A stretch of DNA of 64,000 nucleotides from Thermoplasmata archaeon (GTDB lineage: Archaea; Thermoplasmatota; Thermoplasmata; RBG-16-68-12; JAFNFQ01), in contig JBGPQV010000003.1 in assembly GCA_041489255.1 (NCBI GenBank), forward strand, positions 105,836 to 169,835. The letters run 5' to 3'. The translations under genes and the position numbers were made by a program. Shown in pieces: positions 1-8,749 of the stretch; within the stretch, counting starts at the first letter, position 1, and every line of letters starts with the position of its first letter. Below the pieces are notes generated by a model. The model was not told where the DNA came from, made no database searches, and saw only the letters and a program-made list of their open reading frames with translations.

Positions 1-2
1 AG

Positions 3-506
3 ATGGTCAGGAAGATCCGCCAGACCGCCGTGGCGGTCAAAGGCGTCAGGGACGTGCACGACATCGTCGTACATGACTACGCCACCAGGAAGGTCGTCTC
101 CCTCCATGTCGTCGTCGATGAGAGCATCACCGCGCAGGAGGCGCACCGCATCGCCACTGAAGTCGAGGACAACATCCAGGAGCACACGGAATGCCTGCCG
201 ACCGCCCACATCGAGGTGACTGAGCCCAGGCTCGACCCGGATCAGATTGAGGAATTGGTGCGCACCGCCGTGGCGGCTCACAAGGCCGTCAAGGAGTGCG
301 TGAGCGTGGAAATCATCCCTTGCGCCGATGGCGGCGACATCATGCTGACCGTCGCGGTGGAGGGAGACCTCAGAGTGAGGGACACGGACCGCATCCTACG
401 TGAGCTGGAGGGGGACATCAAGGTCCGCCTGCCGCATTACCGCCCGATCGCCCGTGCGGTGCCTTACGGCGGGGGACCGAGACCCCCCGTTCGCCAGGGG
501 TCCTAG
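3..506 (+). CDS. Cation diffusion facilitator (FieF-like) transporter, C-terminal part (two dimerisation/metal-binding domains); 5'-partial
   Basis: VxDVHDIxVHxY...SLHVVVD...[10 protein letters not shown]...HIE pattern of the CDF C-terminal domain, followed by a second similar domain; runs off the window start. Confidence 0.8.
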   Translation: MVRKIRQTAVAVKGVRDVHDIVVHDYATRKVVSLHVVVDESITAQEAHRIATEVEDNIQEHTECLPTAHIEVTEPRLDPDQIEELVRTAVAAHKAVKECVSVEIIPCADGGDIMLTVAVEGDLRVRDTDRILRELEGDIKVRLPHYRPIARAVPYGGGPRPPVRQGS

Positions 507-814
507 AGGCCGAATAGGGCGCTGAGGCCGGCCGCAGCCTCTTCCTCAGTGACCTTCTCTTCCTCTTTCTTCTTCTCTGCTTTCTTCTCTTCCTTCTTCT
601 CCGGCGCAAGTGCGGCCGCTGACGCGGCAGCTGGCACCGCCACGGCCTTCGCGAGGGCCTCCTCTATGTTGACTCCCTCGAGGGCCGCGGTCAATGCCTT
701 GATCCGCGTCTCGTCCGGCTTCACGCCAGCCGCGGTGAGGATCTTCTTCAGACCGTCCTCCGTGACAGGCTTGCCGGCCGCGTGCAGCACTAGCGCGCTG
801 TACACATATTCCAT
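503..814 (-). CDS. rpl12: 50S ribosomal protein P1/L12
   Basis: [15 protein letters not shown]...Ala-rich hinge...[13 protein letters not shown]; SD AAGGAGGT before ATG at 814. Confidence 0.97.
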   Translation of the reverse strand: MEYVYSALVLHAAGKPVTEDGLKKILTAAGVKPDETRIKALTAALEGVNIEEALAKAVAVPAAASAAALAPEKKEEKKAEKKKEEEKVTEEEAAAGLSALFGL

Positions 815-834
815 GTTTGTTACCTCCTTGAGCG

Positions 835-1824
835 TCATCCTGGACCGGGCTCAGAAGCCGCGTCCCCGGTCCCTTTCTTCTCCTCCTTCTTCCCCTTCTT
901 CTTCTCTACCTTGCCGCCCTCCGGCTTCGCTTCAGGCGGTTGCCCCGACGGCACACTCTTCTTTTCCGCGCTGACATCGACCGATGCGAGCGAGGCGAGC
1001 GCGAGCATGCTTGCCTTCGCCTTCGCGAGGATCAGCGGCAGCGACTGCTTCGTCAAAATGCCCGCGTTGACGGCGAGGTTGAGCGCATCGGTGTGCGCCT
1101 TGCCCAGCATCGGCCTGATTGTGCTCTTCGTCGGGTAGCCGATGTTCACGGACAGGTTGAACGCCCTCAGGCCTGCGGTCTGGAAGTCCGCCATGACCTT
1201 CGCCTCGTCGATCGCCAGGACGTCGCGTCCGTAGAACATGCCGTCCTCGTAGGCCCCCCTGAGGTCGAGGCCGACCGTCATTGGGAATATCTCGAGGCGC
1301 GTGAGCGCCTGCGCGGTGAGCCGCGGGATCTTCTCGCCCTTGGGGACGAGCAGCTTCTCCTTCTTGATCACGACCTTGCCCTTCTCTATCGCGGCGGGGA
1401 TCCCCGCCTTCTGCAGGTCTCCGACCACCGGCCCGGGCTTGAACGGCGTCTCGCCCTCGTGGATCCAGATGTCATCAGGCGCGACATCCCCTCCCTTGGC
1501 GGGAGCCTTGGTCTTCGTCGACTCCATTTCCTTGAACAGCCTGAACGGGTTGATGTTGGCGGTGACGACCGCCGACTGCCCGGAGATGGCGGTCTTGAGC
1601 TTGTCGATTCCGGCCTTCTGAGTTGCCGCCTGCTCCAGCGCTATCGCGAGCAGGTTCGACTTCGTCACGCGGAGGTTTACCTTGCCCCTGAGCTTGCGCC
1701 GCATCTTCTGGAACTGCGCCGCGGGTATGCCGTGGATATTGACAATCCCGATGACCTGAGACTGGCCGAACTCCTTCACGAGCTTCTCGACCAGTTCCTT
1801 CTTGCGGGGGGATACGTGCGCCAT
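835..1824 (-). CDS. rpl10: 50S ribosomal protein L10 (P0)
   Basis: MAHVS..KKELV...NPFRLFK...[14 protein letters not shown]...GETPFKPGP; SD GAGGTGA; lies between rpl1 and rpl12. Confidence 0.97.
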   Translation of the reverse strand: MAHVSPRKKELVEKLVKEFGQSQVIGIVNIHGIPAAQFQKMRRKLRGKVNLRVTKSNLLAIALEQAATQKAGIDKLKTAISGQSAVVTANINPFRLFKEMESTKTKAPAKGGDVAPDDIWIHEGETPFKPGPVVGDLQKAGIPAAIEKGKVVIKKEKLLVPKGEKIPRLTAQALTRLEIFPMTVGLDLRGAYEDGMFYGRDVLAIDEAKVMADFQTAGLRAFNLSVNIGYPTKSTIRPMLGKAHTDALNLAVNAGILTKQSLPLILAKAKASMLALASLASVDVSAEKKSVPSGQPPEAKPEGGKVEKKKGKKEEKKGTGDAASEPGPG

Positions 1825-1834
1825 TTCCTTCACC

Positions 1835-2473
1835 TCACAAGAACCTCACTGCCGGCCCCATGGTCGTCTTCAGGTAGGCGGAATGGATGTTGAACCGCCC
1901 CCGTTCGAGCTTCGTCAGCACCCTTTTGAAGAGGAAGTCCACGTTCTCCGCGATGTCCTCGGGGGTCATGTCCCTCGTGCCCACCGGGGCGTGGAACGTC
2001 CTGCGCTCCCCGCTCTTCACGCGGACGGTGTTGCGCATGGCGGTGATTGTCGGAACCGGGTCGGCGTTTGGCAGGATTGGCTTCGGCATCTTGCCGTGCG
2101 GGCCGAGGATCTGACCCATGCGCTTGCCGATCACGGGCATGAGTGGCGCCTCTGCGATGAAGAAATCGAACTTCCTCGCGAGGTCCCTCACCTTCTTCTT
2201 GTTTCCCGCGAGCTCCTCGAGTTGGTCAGGCTGGATAACGAGGTCTGCAACATTCTTAGCTTTGAGGGCTAGCTCGGCCGAGCCTATCAGGCAGATCTTG
2301 ATGGCCTTGCCGCGTCCCTTAGGCAGTGCGACCTCCACATCAACTCTGTTCTTTGGGACGGAGAGGTCCACGTCTCTCAGGTTGAAAGAAATCTCGACTG
2401 ATTCCTTGAACTTGCGGGGCGGGGCCGATTCCAGGACTTTCTTGACCGTGTCGACCGTCCGTTTTTCTGCCGT
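1835..2473 (-). CDS. rpl1: 50S ribosomal protein L1; probable ACG start at 2473
   Basis: RKFKESVEISFNL...LPKGRGK...LGPHGKMPKP...KTTMGPAV; SD GGAGG 8 nt upstream of in-frame ACG-GCA-GAA-AAA. Confidence 0.95.
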   Translation of the reverse strand, partial: TAEKRTVDTVKKVLESAPPRKFKESVEISFNLRDVDLSVPKNRVDVEVALPKGRGKAIKICLIGSAELALKAKNVADLVIQPDQLEELAGNKKKVRDLARKFDFFIAEAPLMPVIGKRMGQILGPHGKMPKPILPNADPVPTITAMRNTVRVKSGERRTFHAPVGTRDMTPEDIAENVDFLFKRVLTKLERGRFNIHSAYLKTTMGPAVRFL

Positions 2474-2486
2474 ATGCCTCGCCTCC

Positions 2487-2519
2487 TGTAGTACCAGCGG
2501 CCAATCTAGGCCTCCTACA
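2487..2519 (-). promoter_or_regulatory. L1-binding mRNA leader (23S rRNA mimic), autogenous control
   Basis: UGUAG-GAG-GCC(UAGAUU)GGC-CGCUGGUA-CUACA: two stems with an asymmetric internal loop like the L1 site in 23S rRNA; abuts the SD. Confidence 0.75.
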
Positions 2520-2547
2520 TGGGAGAATCGATGCAAAGAGGGTCTGG

Positions 2548-2555
2548 TTAATAAG
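2548..2555 (-). promoter_or_regulatory. TATA box of the rpl1 operon
   Basis: CTTATTAA about 30 nt upstream of the leader hairpin. Confidence 0.55.
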
Positions 2556-2777
2556 CCTTGCTAATGCGTTCCGCGGTTGCGCCAGATGGATAGTCATGGT
2601 AAGGGATGAGCGCTTCTTCGGAGTTGACCCCTGATGCCATGGCCGGCATCCATATCGCGCCATCATTGGCGTCCTCCTCAATGCCGCCTAGTCGGATCGC
2701 CTCCTCGCAGTCCGTGTCCCGGTCGCCCCCGCTTCCGCCGCCGTCGGCCCCGATTTTCCGCCAATCCGGAGATGATT

Positions 2778-3090
2778 TCTCCACATGTGGACCTTCCGGG
2801 TCACCATGCGGAGGAATAGGGTCACCATGGTGATTTCACATTTCGCCACATAGACTCATCTCGTCACCACCCCCGCAGGTGCTTCGCGACCCTCATTCAT
2901 CGGTTCTCCACGTAGACCTCCGGGGTCTGCTTGGTGACCTTCCGGGTCACCGCGTGGACGTCGGAGGTCACCATGGTGACATCGCAGGTCACCACGGTGG
3001 AAGGCCAATCCTGACTCGGAAACGCAGGTCGCAATGGTGGAGGTCACGGGTCACCATGGTGAGATAGGGGGTCTACTTGGTGAGGAGAGA
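2778..3090. repeat. Degenerate ~21-bp tandem array, consensus GGTCACCATGGTGA-N7
   Basis: GGTCACC at 2799, 2820, 2945, 2966, 2987, 3049; variants at 2903, 2924, 3027, 3070; core TCACCATGGTGA is palindromic. Confidence 0.8.
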
Positions 3091-3295
3091 GGCGCGGATG
3101 GTGATTCATGCCGCGCTATGGAGAAACGGGTCGGCGCGGGTTTGCCGCCCTCGAATCCAGGCGATAACGAGGTTTGCTCGTTCGTTCAAGACTCAGAGGC
3201 TTTGGCGGAACCTCGCCGCGGGCATGGGCCCGTGCAGCACGAGCGCCTCACCGAACATCCGCTTTGCGGACTCTCCGCCATAGAAAGACGCGATG

Positions 3296-3329
3296 AAAAA
3301 AAGAAGAATGAGGCCCCGTGAGGGGCCTC
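3296..3329 (-). terminator. Hairpin plus T-tract terminator
   Basis: GAGGCCCC-tcac-GGGGCCTC followed by ATTCTTCTTTTTTT on the minus strand, downstream of 3380..3805. Confidence 0.7.
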
Positions 3330-3379
3330 TTCGGTCGCATGACCTCTGTCCGGATTCCAAGGAATCCCGGTCATTACTG

Positions 3380-3805
3380 CTAAGGCTTCCCCGGCGCGGG
3401 CTCAGCGGTCAGGTTCTGCGCGGGCTCGACCCCGGTGTCGTTGTCAGGCCTCTTCATCCTGCTCCGGATGCGCCTGAAGTTCTTGGCGGGGACGCTGTTC
3501 TTGTCGACGGCTCCGATCATCATGTCAAGCTGGCTGGAGCCGACGACGTAGAGCTGCTTCAGGTCCGCCTCGTGCTCCTCGGTGATCTCCCTCAGCTCCC
3601 GCTTCTTCTGCTCCTGCTTCTCGTTCGAGGCGTTCGCCTTCCTGTGCTGTGCAAGGAGCTTCTGATGCATAACGTCGATGTCGAGGTTCCCCTTCATCAG
3701 GGCCGCTCTCTCGGTGACCTGGAGGTCCTCGACCTTCTCGATGGTACCTAGGATCTGCGCTTCACTGTATCCCAGTCTCTTCACCTCCTCCCCCATCAAA
3801 GACAC
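3380..3805 (-). CDS. Hypothetical alpha-helical/coiled-coil protein (141 aa)
   Basis: Host-like codon usage, charged helical sequence, SD GAGGTG, followed by terminator. Confidence 0.8.
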   Translation of the reverse strand: MSLMGEEVKRLGYSEAQILGTIEKVEDLQVTERAALMKGNLDIDVMHQKLLAQHRKANASNEKQEQKKRELREITEEHEADLKQLYVVGSSQLDMMIGAVDKNSVPAKNFRRIRSRMKRPDNDTGVEPAQNLTAEPAPGKP

Positions 3806-3875
3806 GCACCGCGCACCTCATCCGAGGAGGTTAATGACGTTGGCGGGAAGATACTTCAACCCTCCCCGCTCGTGC

Positions 3876-3935
3876 ACTGTGAAAACACTGTGAATGAACT
3901 GTGAAAACACTGTTAATACACTCTAAATACACTCT
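3876..3935. repeat. 11-bp tandem direct repeats (x5.5), possible operator
   Basis: ACTGTGAAAAC ACTGTGAATGA ACTGTGAAAAC ACTGTTAATAC ACTCTAAATAC ACTCT. Confidence 0.85.
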
Positions 3936-3952
3936 CGCCAAGGATAGGGATG

Positions 3953-4426
3953 TCAGTGCTCCGAAACACCTTCTTGCGGACGCGCAGCTCCCAGAAGCTT
4001 GGACGACTTCGCCGCATCTGCACCGGAACCTCCGAGGCGAGGCGGGGGCGGCTGGAACCTCGCCGGTTGCTCATGCGGAACGCCTTTGTGCTCGCGCGTG
4101 TCCTCGCGCGGACGGCCGCCTCTGCTCTCGGACGCGGATTTACCGCCCGGCTTGGCGGTGAACCGCTTGCCGAGGGACCTCCCCACCGGCGTGAGCTCGT
4201 ACACGATCATCCGCCTCGTTCCCGTATCGATGTAGGCTGTCTTGACCTCGATGCAGCCCTCCTCTACCAGCTTCCTCAGCTCGTTCCCGGCGTGTGTCCT
4301 GCCGATCCCGAGGGCACTGGCCATGCCCGCCTGGGTCATCTCCACAGGGAAGACGTAATCATCGCGCGAACGCGGGCAGGTCATCAGGTGCGTGATGAGC
4401 TTTACCTTTATCGTGCATTCCGCCAT
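3953..4426 (-). CDS. Winged helix-turn-helix protein with low-complexity C-terminal tail
   Basis: MTQAGMASALGIGRTHAGNELRKLVEEG...RRMIVYELTPVG wHTH pattern. Confidence 0.75.
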   Translation of the reverse strand: MAECTIKVKLITHLMTCPRSRDDYVFPVEMTQAGMASALGIGRTHAGNELRKLVEEGCIEVKTAYIDTGTRRMIVYELTPVGRSLGKRFTAKPGGKSASESRGGRPREDTREHKGVPHEQPARFQPPPPRLGGSGADAAKSSKLLGAARPQEGVSEH

Positions 4427-4784
4427 AGAAGTCTCCTAGCGTAATACATTGACTAGGAAGTATAAGAAAAGTCCGGAGAATCGTTGAATTTAATGGGATA
4501 GTCTTGATATCGATAATGTCAATGAACGCGTTTCAGTGTCAAACGGGAATATTGATTGTGATAATGAGGAGGAGCACGCCCATCTGCCGTCAGAGCAGTC
4601 AGTGGCGCCCTCGGTTACGCGGCGGACCGCGGCATAGAGTACCTGCAGACCGGGACGCTGGAGTGGGACTGGGGGCAGTTCGGGCTCAGCGTGGGCACAG
4701 AGGCCGCGGCGGGGGCGACGAGGGAGACACGTATCCGGATGCCGGGAAGGCTGAAATCCCCGGACGGCATGCGATGGCGGGAAC

Positions 4785-5675
4785 ATGGATGCGTTGACTC
4801 TGGCGGGAATCGTCCAGGACTGCCTCCCCGAGGTCCGCGTGAGGAGCGTTTCACGGCTGCAGGAAGGCTGGGCCAGCTTCGTCATCGAGGTCAACGGCGA
4901 GCTGATCTTCAGGTTTCAGAAGAGGCCGGAAGTGGAGGACAACCTGAGGAAGGAGATACGGCTGATGCCCAAGCTGTCAGAACACCTCTCCTTTCGAGTT
5001 CCTTACTTCGAATATATCTGGGAAGGCGGCAAGGAATATGATGGTTGGTTCGTGGGCTACAGGAAGATCGATGGCGTTCCGATCGGCAGGTGGTGCACGA
5101 AGAAAGCGCACTCCGCCAGGATGATCCGCAACCTCGCCAGGATGCTCACCGAGATCCACCACTTCCCTGTGAAACGCTACCCAGTGCTCAAGCTGCTCTT
5201 CTTCGGACCAAGACAGCGGAAGGACAAGCTGAAGAACCTCTACGCGCAGGTAATGGAGAAGGTCCTGCCGATCCTCAGCGCGACGGAACGGCGCAGGACA
5301 ATCGACTTCTTCGAACAGCAATTGGCGGTCGCGGAGAACTTCCGCTTCAACTCGACGTTGACACACGACGACCTGAGCGGACCGCACATCCTGTGCGACA
5401 GGGGCGGCGACAGAATCAACGGAGTCATCGACTGGGAGGACGGCTGCACCGGGGACCCGGCGGTAGATTTCTACGGCATCCTCCAGGATTGTGGCCCATC
5501 CTTGACGAAAAAGGTGCTGGAGGGGTACAAGGGTGAGCCAGACCCCGGCATCATGCAGAGGGCCCGGCTCTATCTGGGTGTCGTCCCGTTCTACGAGGTC
5601 CTGTACGGTCAGGAGCACGACGAGGCGACGGCCAAGTTTGGACTGGCACGCCTGCGCGCAACCATTCTGAGATGA
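4785..5675 (+). CDS. Aminoglycoside phosphotransferase (APH)-family kinase
   Basis: EGW...IFRF; HDDLSGPHIL (HxDxxxxN-like); GVIDWED...GDPAVDF. Confidence 0.85.
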   Translation: MDALTLAGIVQDCLPEVRVRSVSRLQEGWASFVIEVNGELIFRFQKRPEVEDNLRKEIRLMPKLSEHLSFRVPYFEYIWEGGKEYDGWFVGYRKIDGVPIGRWCTKKAHSARMIRNLARMLTEIHHFPVKRYPVLKLLFFGPRQRKDKLKNLYAQVMEKVLPILSATERRRTIDFFEQQLAVAENFRFNSTLTHDDLSGPHILCDRGGDRINGVIDWEDGCTGDPAVDFYGILQDCGPSLTKKVLEGYKGEPDPGIMQRARLYLGVVPFYEVLYGQEHDEATAKFGLARLRATILR

Positions 5676-5698
5676 TGCGGCGCAGTCCGATGCTGTGC

Positions 5699-5956
5699 CT
5701 ATTCCTTGCTGCCCCAGCGGCTGAACATTATGATGAAGATTATCATCACGACGGTCAGCACGACAGCGACGACCATGTAGCCAATCCAGCCCATCAGGCT
5801 GATGGTGGCGAATGTCGTGTCGATCCCCGCGACCTTCAGCCCGCCCATGACGACCTGGTTCCAGATCAGGGCGATCACCAGCCCGAAGGCTGTGGCCATA
5901 GAGGCCGCGACAGTCTTGCGCACTTCTGCTTTTGACAGTTTCCGTTCCTCTGGCAT
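5699..5956 (-). CDS. Small membrane protein (DUF5654-like)
   Basis: AFGLVIALIWNQVV motif, two TM helices, SD GAGGAGG. Confidence 0.75.
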   Translation of the reverse strand: MPEERKLSKAEVRKTVAASMATAFGLVIALIWNQVVMGGLKVAGIDTTFATISLMGWIGYMVVAVVLTVVMIIFIIMFSRWGSKE

Positions 5957-6141
5957 ATAGGAGATTCCTCCTCGCGGCGAGCAAGAATGTCGGTTTATAT
6001 TAATTCTTTGGAATTCACGCGCGGAGCCGCACGCGATTTCGGTTCACCGGCATGCTCAGACCGATGAAAAGAGAAAAATAGTCGGGGCGCGCATCGGATG
6101 TCCGGCGAAGAGCCTCAGTCAGATGGGATGGTGTTCGAGCA

Positions 6142-6768
6142 ATGGATCCCGCTACGGTAGTCCTGCGACTGTTCATAGGCTTCAATCTGGCCCTCGGCAT
6201 CGGACTCGAGAGGCAGCTGAGCAGGAAGCCCGCGGGCTTCGGCACGTTCACCTTCGTCTCCACCGGCGCCTGCGTCATCGCGATAATGGCTGAGGAACTC
6301 GAGCCCGACAACATGCTTGCGCTCCTCGGCGGCGCGATCACGGGCATAGGTTTCCTCGGAGCCGGCTCTCTGATAAGGAGCCAGGACAGGGTTTTCGGGT
6401 TCACCACCGCCGCGCTCATATGGGCCATGGCGGCGATGGGGCTGGCCATTGGGGTCGGATTGTTCTACCTGGCTTTCTCCTTCTATGGCGTAGTATGGGT
6501 AGTCATAATGACGGACAGGCTGCTCGAGCGGCAAGGCTTCGGTTCGCACGCGAAAGTCCTGGATATCGTCCTTGCCGAGCCCGCCAATCTCGATGACATC
6601 AAGGCGATCGTGCCCGTGAAATCCGCCTACTACGAGCGGTATTACTTCGACAAAGGCACGCAGGTGATGCAGTTCAAAGCGCATGTCCGCATCAAGCCTG
6701 CCGATGTGGAGAACCTTCTATTGAGCTTGCAGCGGAACGCGAAGGTGAAGAGCGTCTCTCTGGAGTAG
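6142..6768 (+). CDS. MgtC/SapB family membrane protein
   Basis: IGLERQ...KPAGFGTF...GIGFLGAG...GFTTAALIW. Confidence 0.9.
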   Translation: MDPATVVLRLFIGFNLALGIGLERQLSRKPAGFGTFTFVSTGACVIAIMAEELEPDNMLALLGGAITGIGFLGAGSLIRSQDRVFGFTTAALIWAMAAMGLAIGVGLFYLAFSFYGVVWVVIMTDRLLERQGFGSHAKVLDIVLAEPANLDDIKAIVPVKSAYYERYYFDKGTQVMQFKAHVRIKPADVENLLLSLQRNAKVKSVSLE

Positions 6769-7117
6769 TTCTTGGTGAATCGTAAGCGCCAATAGACAAG
6801 GTTTGCGAGGGAGATTCTTGGTTGATGGCTCGCTCGTTCACATACGCTGCATGCCTTCCGAGTCCGAAGCCTCGAACTCCGCTTCCTCCTTGGCTGGAGC
6901 CACCATCTCTTCCCGGATAAGTTGAGCGTCACGAGGATTTTAACCGTTATGGTGACAACGGCCAGGATGGCAGTTAGAACTCATGGTGGCTGGCCCCACG
7001 GCAATCAACAAGATATCGGGGTGGAAACAAAAGAAGTGGGGAATGCTTTTATCATTGTTCGGAGAATCCCCGAATGTGCGAGAAGGGGCAAGGTTGGGGC
7101 GGTCGGAACCGCTGGTA

Positions 7118-8749
7118 TTGGTCAGAAGAATTCCAACTGTCGTGATTATCGTCACGATCTCCATTTCACTACTGTGTGGTGGTGTGGCGGCGCAGGATCA
7201 GCGCAAACCGGTTGTTGGCGACTTTTTTGAATATGAATACGACATTTGGCTCGACAGAGGATGGGGCAACTACGAAGGTTATACGGAGCATACCTTTTCG
7301 CACGGCCTCTACACCGTCATCAACGTCACCCAGAACACCTGCACCATGAAGGCGGTTGTCTCCTGGGAATATCGTGCTTCCGACGGAACATATCAGGCCG
7401 GAGGTTTCGACCACAACATCACATTCTCGCTTGACACACGGCTCTATATTTCCGGCTATGAACTTGACGAGAACGTGACCGATCCCGCGGTATGGTTTTA
7501 CGCCGGCACCGGCCTGCAGACCGGCCAGCATGTGAAGATCATCGGACAGGACTTCGTCGTCCAGAGCACATCGTCCTCCGTCTGGATGGGTTGGCTTCCC
7601 ATATCAGGGGTGGAGCTGAAGAACACTGGCAGTTTCTATAGGAACGATGTATACGGAGCTTTCACAGCGACATTCACCGACATTTATCATTTCGATGGAT
7701 CTACGGGGTACCTTCTCCATGAGTGGTACGAAGAGGTCGATGCTGACGGGCATGGAAATGGATTCAGATGGAGAGAGGAAGTTAGGGTAATACAATCCAG
7801 CTATGCCGCGCCGGTTCACATCTCGACCTTACTGGTCTCATATGTGGTCGTACCTGGCATTATCATTGGCCCAATCATCGCAGTGATCTACCGCTCCTAC
7901 GGACCACGTAGAGTCCGTTTGGCGATGCAGAGCGCGCTCGCGTTCGGCTCTCCCACAAAGGAGCGTTTTGTTATGAAACGCGTCCGGAGGAGAAGGATGC
8001 CGAGGCTGGCGCTCGAAGTGAAGGCGACGGCTGGCCTGACTTTGTACTTTGAACCTTTCATGGAGCGATTCGTCAACAGGGCCGTGGCGACGAAGTCAAA
8101 GATCGCTGTTGCGCGGCAAGACGGAAAGCTCAGAGCGATAATATTGCGTGAGAGGAAAACGCGTTTCGGATCATACTTCGGGCCACAAGAGCTCGCGGTC
8201 CCCATGGTGAAGTACCTGCGAGTCATTTACTTCCACTCTGAGCACCCGGACGGTGGTGAGATTCTTGAGAGATACAAGGTCCTTCAGCTCTCGCCAATCC
8301 CCGACAGGGATTACGACACAGAGGCCGCGCGTCCGTTGAACATCAGTGACTGGGGCGCCGTGACAAGAATCTGGAGGAAGGTCTACGGTGAGGACGATGA
8401 ATTCCTCACGACCGCTAGAGAGGACGGGGATATGTGTATTGTCGGCGTCGATGAAGGGGCTTTGGCCGGGTTCGGCCTCTGCTCGGTTACGGGAGATGTC
8501 GGCCGCATGCACAGCCTGACCGTTTCTCCGGAGCGAAGGAACAGAGGCATTGGGCGGCAAATCAGCTTAGCCCGCCTGCAGGCTATGCGCACCCTGGGTG
8601 TTTCACGGGTGATCATGGAAGTCGATATCGGCAACATTCCCTCACTCAGAATCGCCGCGGCCCTGGGATTTTCGGAAATCGGCGAGACCTACATAGTGAC
8701 AAGGAAGAAAGGCGGTCTGGGGGATGTCCCGTTCCGGAGATGGATATGA
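7118..8749 (+). CDS. Single-pass membrane protein: signal peptide, beta-rich extracellular domain, TM helix, cytoplasmic GNAT acetyltransferase
   Basis: TTG start at 7118 gives VRRIPTVVIIVTISISLLCGGVAA signal peptide (ORF open from 6983); TM LLVSYVVVPGIIIGPIIAVIY; C-terminal LTVSPERRNRGIG...NIPSLRIAAALGF GNAT motifs. Confidence 0.8.
   Translation: MVRRIPTVVIIVTISISLLCGGVAAQDQRKPVVGDFFEYEYDIWLDRGWGNYEGYTEHTFSHGLYTVINVTQNTCTMKAVVSWEYRASDGTYQAGGFDHNITFSLDTRLYISGYELDENVTDPAVWFYAGTGLQTGQHVKIIGQDFVVQSTSSSVWMGWLPISGVELKNTGSFYRNDVYGAFTATFTDIYHFDGSTGYLLHEWYEEVDADGHGNGFRWREEVRVIQSSYAAPVHISTLLVSYVVVPGIIIGPIIAVIYRSYGPRRVRLAMQSALAFGSPTKERFVMKRVRRRRMPRLALEVKATAGLTLYFEPFMERFVNRAVATKSKIAVARQDGKLRAIILRERKTRFGSYFGPQELAVPMVKYLRVIYFHSEHPDGGEILERYKVLQLSPIPDRDYDTEAARPLNISDWGAVTRIWRKVYGEDDEFLTTAREDGDMCIVGVDEGALAGFGLCSVTGDVGRMHSLTVSPERRNRGIGRQISLARLQAMRTLGVSRVIMEVDIGNIPSLRIAAALGFSEIGETYIVTRKKGGLGDVPFRRWI

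Noticed and set aside
2778-3090. CRISPR array
   Set aside because: Unit is only ~21 nt with ~7 variable bases, highly degenerate, and no cas genes are present
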